From an uncultured Candidatus Saccharibacteria bacterium (GTDB lineage: Bacteria > Patescibacteriota > Minisyncoccia > UBA6257 > 1-14-0-10-44-23), in NCBI GenBank assembly GCA_964549935.1, contig CAZJVT010000001.1, positions 27,922-91,921 on the forward strand: 64,000 nt of DNA, read 5' to 3'. This document shows positions 57,838 through 64,000 of this stretch, in pieces; position 1 is the stretch's first letter; each line of letters starts with the position of its first letter. The position numbers and the translations under genes are program-made. The notes under the pieces are model-generated. The model saw nothing but the letters and a program-made list of their open reading frames with translations, was not told the DNA's origin and did no database searches.

Positions 57838-58839
57838 TTAATTATGTACGCAGTATTTACCTCGACTATCAAGATTCGCGCAGAGGGTGTAGACGAAAGC
57901 GTCCCTTTTCTCGTCGTAGCGAAGCACATACTCATATTCTTTACCGGTTATCGGGTCGAGTGTGTCTTCTGTTTCACCGCCGCCCCATAGATTTTTTAGA
58001 GCAGCGAGTTGTGCAACCGGCTTGCTTCGGTTGAGCATCATTTGTAAAGCATTTAAATCGAACATCCGGACGTAGTCTATCGGTGGTACGCCATGTAGTC
58101 GTGCTTCTTCGAGGGTCAGTTGAGTAACGGCTTTCGCGCTCATAAAATCTTTATATCGCTCAGGTAGCTGGCGTTTCAATTCGTCCAACATGTTTTCATT
58201 GACGCGCTGCTTGTATTTCTCCGTTGCTTTAGCCTGTTCTGACTTGCTGGGGGCAATTACCCATGCGAATGGTTGGCTATATTCTCCATTATAAAAACCG
58301 CCAAGCCGACGACGAATTATTCCCCATTTAACTACGTCGGTATGCGATGGCCCGTGTGTCCAGCAACCGAGACCAAGCGGGCCACATTCTAAAAAGGTTT
58401 GAACGCCTCTTTCTAGCTTGTATCCACTCGGAGAGGGCTGTTTCTGTCTGGCATCGCTTACTGTAAAGTTCTGTGCTTCTGTCCAGGAGATCGGCTCAAA
58501 GGTATTCGAGCGCATATTATAAAGTAATAGCCGCGGGTTTCTCATTAACGTCGCGCTTAGTACTTTTGATTCGTCGCGGGTTATCTTGTTATTTTCGATG
58601 GTGTACGTTGCGCCACCGTAGGCGTCATTATTTAGAGAATAAATAATACTCTCCGGGAAGGCAAAGAGACTGAAAGGGCGAATGTCGGTAGTGAAGGTTA
58701 AAAAACATAGTGCTAATACTAATAAAATACGTATAACCCCTTTTAGGCTTGATTTTGGCTTAGCACTTAGGGCTTTGTCGGTGCCAGTTTCCGCTTTTGG
58801 CTCAATGGTGTCGGCGAGATTTTTGGCAGGCTCTAACAT
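57838..58839 (-). CDS. Membrane-anchored hypothetical protein
   Basis: 333-aa ORF with one TM; C-terminal DP.TGKEYEY...YTLCANL resembles pilin-like tails. Confidence 0.6.
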   Translation of the reverse strand: MLEPAKNLADTIEPKAETGTDKALSAKPKSSLKGVIRILLVLALCFLTFTTDIRPFSLFAFPESIIYSLNNDAYGGATYTIENNKITRDESKVLSATLMRNPRLLLYNMRSNTFEPISWTEAQNFTVSDARQKQPSPSGYKLERGVQTFLECGPLGLGCWTHGPSHTDVVKWGIIRRRLGGFYNGEYSQPFAWVIAPSKSEQAKATEKYKQRVNENMLDELKRQLPERYKDFMSAKAVTQLTLEEARLHGVPPIDYVRMFDLNALQMMLNRSKPVAQLAALKNLWGGGETEDTLDPITGKEYEYVLRYDEKRDAFVYTLCANLDSRGKYCVHN

Positions 58840-58840
58840 A

Positions 58841-59821
58841 TTAGGCGATTAGCCCGACTTTCTGGTAGGCCTCTTTGAGTTTAGCGCTGGCAACCTTGTT
58901 GGCCTTTTTGGCGCCGGAGGCGAAGACTTTCAGGGCCTTTTTCGGGTCTTTCACTAGCTCCATTTTCTTTTTACGAAACGGGGCTAGAGCGTTAACGATG
59001 ACCTCGGCGACCGCAGCTTTGAACTGGCCGTAGTTTTTGCCGGCAAACTCTGTTTCAAGAGCGGCGACGGTCTTGCCCGAGAGGGTGCTGGTAATCAAGA
59101 GGAGGTTGCTGATGCCGGGTTTGTTTGCCTCATCAAACTTAATTTCGCTGCCGGAGTCGGTAACGGCGCTCATAATTTTCTTTTTAATCATCTCCGGTTC
59201 GTCGTCTAAAAACAGGCAGCCGCTCGGTTGTGACTTGCTCATCTTCTTCATCGGGTCGGCGAGTGACATCACGCGGGGGAGCTCGGTGTGCTTTGCCTTT
59301 GGTTCGACGAAGGTTTCACCAAAACGGCCATTAAACTTTCGAGCGATGGTGCGCGTGAGTTCGAGGTGTTGGTCCTGGTCATTACCAACTGGCACAAAAG
59401 CGGCGCCGTAGAGAAGAATGTCGGCGGCCATTAGGACGGGGTAGGTAAAGAGACCCGCGTTAGTCTCCATATGGTCAGATTTGTCTTTGTATTGAGTCAT
59501 TCGCTCAAGTTCTCCCATGGGTGTGATCGTGTTAAAAATCCAAGCAAGCTCGCTGTGTGCCGGAATGGCGGATTGGATAAAGAGGGTAGACTTGCGCGGG
59601 TTGAGTCCGGCGGCGAGGTAGCTGGCGGCTAGGTCAGCAATTTGCGCGCGCTTTTCCTCCGGCGTGTAGCCTTCGGTAAGCGAGTGTAGGTCGGCAATGA
59701 AAAAGTACGGCTCGTATTCGCCGCTGTTTTGCAAATCAACAAAGTTTTTGAGAGCTCCGAGGTAGTTGCCGATGTGGAGTCGTCCTGACGGCTGGATACC
59801 GGAGATAATGACGGGTTTCAT
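58841..59821 (-). CDS. trpS: Tryptophanyl-tRNA synthetase
   Basis: SGIQPSGRLHIGNY, YPVLMAADIL, VPVGNDQ, KMSKS. Confidence 0.97.
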   Translation of the reverse strand: MKPVIISGIQPSGRLHIGNYLGALKNFVDLQNSGEYEPYFFIADLHSLTEGYTPEEKRAQIADLAASYLAAGLNPRKSTLFIQSAIPAHSELAWIFNTITPMGELERMTQYKDKSDHMETNAGLFTYPVLMAADILLYGAAFVPVGNDQDQHLELTRTIARKFNGRFGETFVEPKAKHTELPRVMSLADPMKKMSKSQPSGCLFLDDEPEMIKKKIMSAVTDSGSEIKFDEANKPGISNLLLITSTLSGKTVAALETEFAGKNYGQFKAAVAEVIVNALAPFRKKKMELVKDPKKALKVFASGAKKANKVASAKLKEAYQKVGLIA

Positions 59822-60010
59822 AGGGATAGTAGTTAGTAGACAGTAGCTAGTAGTTAGCTATACGGATTCTAGCGTAAAAAGCTTATAAATTCTAGGGATA
59901 AGGAATATATCATATATGATATATTTTTTGTCATTTGGCGAGGCCCTTAAAAGGACAAACCGCCGGAACCTTGTGGGTACCGGCGGCACGACTCGTTGCT
60001 TGCTCCTTGG

Positions 60011-60979
60011 TTAGTTTTTTCTTGGTTTGCCCTTGAGGTTCCACGTCAGACCGACGAAAGACATCAGCCAGATGATGAGTCCGGTCGGGTCGATCGTCAG
60101 CGGGCGGCACCGGTACTGGCTAGGGTACGTGTGGTGTTCGCCGTGGTCGTGATTTTCGCCAAAGGCAATCACAGCGACTCCGGCGAGAATGAGCTGCACC
60201 CCGACGAAACCCATGCCGTAGACGAAGATGAGTACGAGCCCCGTCAACATCACCAGCATCACGAGCCAGTTCAGAACCGGCAGATTGCGCGCCGGGCCGT
60301 TCCAGTGGGCGAAGCTGTTGGTGCTAAACACCAGGTGCAGGAAGGGCGGGAGGCGGATGAAGAAAATCGGGAAGACCGCCCAAGCGTCGCCCCAGCCCCA
60401 ATAGGCGATGCCGCAGGGCAGGAGGATCGCCGAGCAGAACGCCAGGGGCAGGTAGTACTTCTCCTGCGCCCTGAAGACCCACTTCTTTTTCAGGTCAGCA
60501 ACATTCTTCGTGTTGCCCTCCACCTTGCCGATGCGACAGGGCAGCTCCCAGTGGGCGAAATAGAGCCCGATGAGCCCCGCTCCTTCTATGAAGGGATAGG
60601 CGTCGAGCTCGGTGTTCGGGTGCTTGTGGTGGTATCGGTGCTTTGCTGTCCAGCCGATGGCCGGGCCCAGCATTGCCGCGGCGCCGAAGAACAGGAAGAG
60701 TGAGAGGAACAATGGCCTTGTCTCGTACGAGCAGTGCGAGATCAGCCGGTGGTATCCACCGGTAATCGAGAATCCGCTCGCGAAGAACATGAACCAGGCC
60801 AGCCAGACTGTCTCCCGGGGGAGTTCCAGCCGGTGAGTTGCGTAGAGCCAGACCCCTAGGGCACCCATGAGATGGATGCCGTAGAGGAAGGACGTGCTCG
60901 TCCAGTTGCGCGGCAACTTCTTCAGGTCTTCGAGGGTCACCTCCCGCAACGTTTGCGCGGAGGTAGCGATGTCGCTCAT
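60011..60979 (-). CDS. Delta-9-type membrane fatty acid desaturase, GC-rich SD-led cassette
   Basis: His boxes GYHRLISH, HRYHH, NSFAH, HDHGEHH; IDPTG tail; GAGGAG SD. Confidence 0.85.
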   Translation of the reverse strand: MSDIATSAQTLREVTLEDLKKLPRNWTSTSFLYGIHLMGALGVWLYATHRLELPRETVWLAWFMFFASGFSITGGYHRLISHCSYETRPLFLSLFLFFGAAAMLGPAIGWTAKHRYHHKHPNTELDAYPFIEGAGLIGLYFAHWELPCRIGKVEGNTKNVADLKKKWVFRAQEKYYLPLAFCSAILLPCGIAYWGWGDAWAVFPIFFIRLPPFLHLVFSTNSFAHWNGPARNLPVLNWLVMLVMLTGLVLIFVYGMGFVGVQLILAGVAVIAFGENHDHGEHHTYPSQYRCRPLTIDPTGLIIWLMSFVGLTWNLKGKPRKN

Positions 60980-61098
60980 CGGTAGAGCTCCTCTCCGCGT
61001 GTAGGCGGTGGTTGGGATTGATGGGAAAGAACACAAGAGAGCCTCTTTATTTTACCGCCTTTCGGTTTCAATAGATATGCTATTCTAAGCACATGGAA

Positions 61099-61201
61099 TC
61101 CCGTTAGAAATGGGGATGTACTATCGGGTATTGCATGTTGATTAGATTACAGATTTTATGAAGCACCAAAACAGGATTAACATTTTTTATTTCTAACGGG
61201 A
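61099..61201. mobile_element. MITE-like element (103 bp)
   Basis: Perfect 13-bp TIR TCCCGTTAGAAAT/ATTTCTAACGGGA flanked by direct repeat TGGAA (61094-61098, 61202-61206). Confidence 0.75.
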
Positions 61202-61545
61202 TGGAACTTACGAAAATGAAATGCATCCCGTGTGAGGTTGGCGGGACACCGCTCGTGCCGCTCGAGATTGCTAAATACGAGGCCTCGCTTAACGACTCCG
61301 AGTGGAAGATTTTATTCGATAAGCCGGAGGCGGGGAGGCTGGTTCGCTACTATGAGTTTGATGATTTTGCCGCGGCGACGGCGTTCGTCAACAAAGTTGC
61401 TGATCTGGCGGAGGAAAATGGGCATCACCCGAATATTCGGATTTACGATTGGAATAAAGTTGAGCTGGAGCTCTTTACGCACAAGATAAGCGGGCTTTCC
61501 GAGGCGGATTTTGTAATGGCGGCAAAGATTGCTATGCTTAAATAA
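61201..61545 (+). CDS. phhB: Pterin-4-alpha-carbinolamine dehydratase
   Basis: KCIPCE, FVNKVADLAEENGHHP, FTHKISGLSEADFVMAAKI. Confidence 0.92.
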   Translation: MELTKMKCIPCEVGGTPLVPLEIAKYEASLNDSEWKILFDKPEAGRLVRYYEFDDFAAATAFVNKVADLAEENGHHPNIRIYDWNKVELELFTHKISGLSEADFVMAAKIAMLK

Positions 61546-61553
61546 CTACTTTA

Positions 61554-62093
61554 ATGCAACGCATCGTAGCAGCTCTGCGGTTTAACTCTTTCCTAACGCT
61601 TCTTTCTTTGTGGCTGGCGGGCACGCTGGCCCTCGGCGCTTTTTCGTACTACGACCACAGTGGAGCGACGACGATGTTTCTTTCGCCGTGGTACGCGATG
61701 GTTTACTCACTCCTGCTACTTTGCTCGACTATCTCGCTCGCGCATCAGCGCACGTTGCCGGTTGGGGGATACACAGCGATGATGGCGGTACACGGTATCC
61801 TCATCGCCAGCACATTCAATGATTTCTTATTGTTCGGTGGCGCGGTCTTCGCCGGTATCTTTCTCGACTTACTCTATGCGCGTATTTTTATGCGCCACAC
61901 CGCGTGGACATTTAAAGTTCGTATTTTTTCCGCAGCCACTCCTGCGATTCTATGGGTTGGCTACTTGGCGATGCTAATCATGCTCAAGCTGCCGGCTTGG
62001 ACACCGCTTTTCTGGATAGGATCAACGATCATCGCTGGCGCAGTTGGGTACCTTATCAGTTTCTTGATAACCCCGCCGCAAAAGAACGCCTAA
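61554..62093 (+). CDS. Multi-pass membrane hypothetical protein
   Basis: 179-aa ORF, mostly hydrophobic helices. Confidence 0.65.
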   Translation: MQRIVAALRFNSFLTLLSLWLAGTLALGAFSYYDHSGATTMFLSPWYAMVYSLLLLCSTISLAHQRTLPVGGYTAMMAVHGILIASTFNDFLLFGGAVFAGIFLDLLYARIFMRHTAWTFKVRIFSAATPAILWVGYLAMLIMLKLPAWTPLFWIGSTIIAGAVGYLISFLITPPQKNA

Positions 62094-62124
62094 ATCAAAA
62101 AGCCCCTTACGGGGCTTTTTGATT
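62093..62124. terminator. Bidirectional terminator
   Basis: AATCAAAAAGCCCC-TTAC-GGGGCTTTTTGATT. Confidence 0.88.
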
Positions 62125-62125
62125 G

Positions 62126-62911
62126 TTACTCGACTATCGTTATCGTTCCGGTGTTGGCCGTGTTGTAGTTGTCGCGATACGAGTATTTCCCAGTGCTTAA
62201 TTTATTAGTATCGAGAATGTACGAGGCGCCGAGCGAGAGGACGTGCTCGCCGCCGAATGCGGCACTGTAAATTGCATGACTAATGATATCGTCGTTTGTA
62301 AATATTACAGGGCTACCTTTCGGAATCGTGATTGCATTTGGCGTAAACATTCCGCCTTTCATAGTAATCGTGTAGCTTTGGCCAAAGCTGACCGGGACGT
62401 TGGCTTCAAAGCGGACGGCGAACATAGCCCCTTGCGCATCTTTGAGCGGTTGGTCGCTGCCGGTATTTAATATCTTATTGCTGTCTGTATCCGCATAAAG
62501 AGTCGCATAGTAGATGCCGGCGGGTGAGAGCGGAATATTAATAACAACATTTTTGTGCGCACCGCGGGTCAGAATCGGGCTGTAGGCAACAACTGAACCC
62601 GGGATCTCCTTCGCTCCGTCATGAGCGACTGCGCGGATTGCAACGAACCCTGCTTTCTCAAGATTAGCGACCGCTACCGTCATCTTTGTCCCAGGTTTTT
62701 GATTCGTGACCTCCAGAGCATTCTTGACAGTTGGTGCAGTGTTCACCGGCTTAGGAACCGGCGGGAATGGAGCAGTTGACGTACTCACTGTCGGCGCAGG
62801 AGGCAGGCCCGATGCGGGCTCTTGCGGCGTACTGCTTGGACGCATTGCGAAAATAATAATGATGACAAGCGCGGCAACCAGCACACCCCAAACTAGATTT
62901 TTATTTTTCAT
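62126..62911 (-). CDS. Membrane-anchored protein with a C-terminal cupredoxin-like domain
   Basis: N-terminal TM, Pro-rich linker, FTPNAITIPKGSPVIFTNDD..SH...GKYSY..GTITIVE. Confidence 0.7.
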   Translation of the reverse strand: MKNKNLVWGVLVAALVIIIIFAMRPSSTPQEPASGLPPAPTVSTSTAPFPPVPKPVNTAPTVKNALEVTNQKPGTKMTVAVANLEKAGFVAIRAVAHDGAKEIPGSVVAYSPILTRGAHKNVVINIPLSPAGIYYATLYADTDSNKILNTGSDQPLKDAQGAMFAVRFEANVPVSFGQSYTITMKGGMFTPNAITIPKGSPVIFTNDDIISHAIYSAAFGGEHVLSLGASYILDTNKLSTGKYSYRDNYNTANTGTITIVE

Positions 62912-63018
62912 AATAGTAATTTGTTCTTTTAGTAAGTATACGGCATAAAATGGGAGGGGCCGGTAGCCTCCCAAGGAAGTGCTATCCGGCCCTTGTCGTG
63001 TTGCGGGAAGCGGGCTCG

Positions 63019-63798
63019 CTAGACGACGGCGAGGGCCTCCTTCCGAGGTGCCAGTTCGGCTCGCAGTCGCTCGAGCACCTGACCGTGGATCTGGCAGACT
63101 CGGCTCTCGGAAAGGCGAAGGGCCTTTCCGATTTCCTTCATCGTGAGGCTCTCGAAGTAGTAGAGTTCGAGGACATCACGTTCCTTGTCGAGCAGCGTGC
63201 CGAGCACGATGCTTACGGCTTCGTACTTCTGCATCTGCGCGAGAGCGTCCGGGTGGCGTTGGTCCACGAGCGAGAGGAAGCGGACGTTCTCGCGTCCGCC
63301 ATCCTCCTCGTCAACCCTCGTCGTCTCACTCAAGGAGTAGATCGCGAGACGCGCCACGTCGCGCTGAAGCGCCTCGTACTCCTCCTCCGTGATTGCGAGG
63401 TGGTCCATGATCTCGCCGGCGGTCGGGACCCGCCCGAGTCTGGCCTGCAGCTTGCGAACAGCAGTTCCGAACTTCTGCGCCCGGCTACGCACCAGGCGCG
63501 GCACCCAGTCCTTGCTGCGGAGTTCATCGATGATGCTGCCGCGGATACGGATCGAGCAGTACGTCTCGAACTTGATGTTGCGCGTGAGGTCGAACCCCTC
63601 AACCGCGTCCATCAGGCCGACTACGCCCGCGCTTCGCACCTCTTCGAGGTCCACGCACCGCGGCAGGCGTTCCGCGATTCGCTCGGCGAGGTAGTCGACG
63701 AGCGGCAGATACGCCTCGATGAGGCGGTTGCGCAAGTCGACCTCTTCGGTGCGCTTGTACTCCACCCACATCGCTTCGAGCTCCAGCGTCTTCTGCAT
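63019..63798 (-). CDS. fliA: Sigma-28 (FliA/WhiG-family) sigma factor, GC-rich SD-led cassette
   Basis: RNRLIEAYLPLV, GLMDAVEGFD, KFETYC..RIRGSIIDELR..DWVPR, YYFESLTMKEIG..L.LSESRVCQIH; AAGGAGGG SD. Confidence 0.9.
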   Translation of the reverse strand: MQKTLELEAMWVEYKRTEEVDLRNRLIEAYLPLVDYLAERIAERLPRCVDLEEVRSAGVVGLMDAVEGFDLTRNIKFETYCSIRIRGSIIDELRSKDWVPRLVRSRAQKFGTAVRKLQARLGRVPTAGEIMDHLAITEEEYEALQRDVARLAIYSLSETTRVDEEDGGRENVRFLSLVDQRHPDALAQMQKYEAVSIVLGTLLDKERDVLELYYFESLTMKEIGKALRLSESRVCQIHGQVLERLRAELAPRKEALAVV

Positions 63799-64000
63799 CT
63801 CGCCCTCCTTCCGGGGTTTCCCCCTCGGCCAAGATTCCTTTTTTAGCGTACTCCTTTTTTGCGAAAGTGAAAGTTGAAAAGTCTTTGTATTTTTTGGCGA
63901 ATCATTTTTTAAAATACAAGAAAGGTTTTCAAAAATAAAAAAGTTATTCACTCTTTTTGTCAAAGTGCTCTTGTGTTGTGCGCTAGTGATGTCATTATGA

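Noticed and set aside
62950-63846. 298-aa plus-strand ORF and other long antisense ORFs (59996-60703, 35555-36307, 27599-28300, 54773-55462)
   Set aside because: Shadows of real genes on the opposite strand, expected with GC-rich codon usage

Overview
Origin-proximal chromosomal window (rpmH-dnaA-oriC-dnaN) of what is most likely a Patescibacteria/CPR (Parcubacteria-like) genome. This is inferred from the compact genes, a Patescibacteria-type T4SS-like cluster (VirB6-, PrgI-, VirB4- and pilin-like genes), a PilB-type ATPase, a stand-alone 5'-3' exonuclease and a phosphatase-fused IleRS. It carries housekeeping genes, tRNA-Arg(CCG) and a tmRNA directly behind smpB. Four things stand out. (1) A two-tier gene architecture: most core genes lack a Shine-Dalgarno (SD) and often start 6-9 nt after a -10 box, while six scattered GC-rich single-gene cassettes (sigma-28/FliA, fatty-acid desaturase, MOSC, three orphans) each have a strong SD and a GC-rich terminator-like hairpin. 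These may be host-directed or host-derived genes. (2) An apparently non-coding, highly structured ~400-nt unit at 28.85-29.25 kb with a consensus promoter, a boxA-like motif and a terminator. (3) Palindromic elements inserted in frame in murE and a NUDIX gene, and a MITE that rebuilds the phhB start codon. (4) Pervasive degenerate 7-nt and 4/8-nt tandem arrays, some in inverted pairs around a four-helix-bundle gene. All calls come from reading the sequence and the ORF track; no database search was run.
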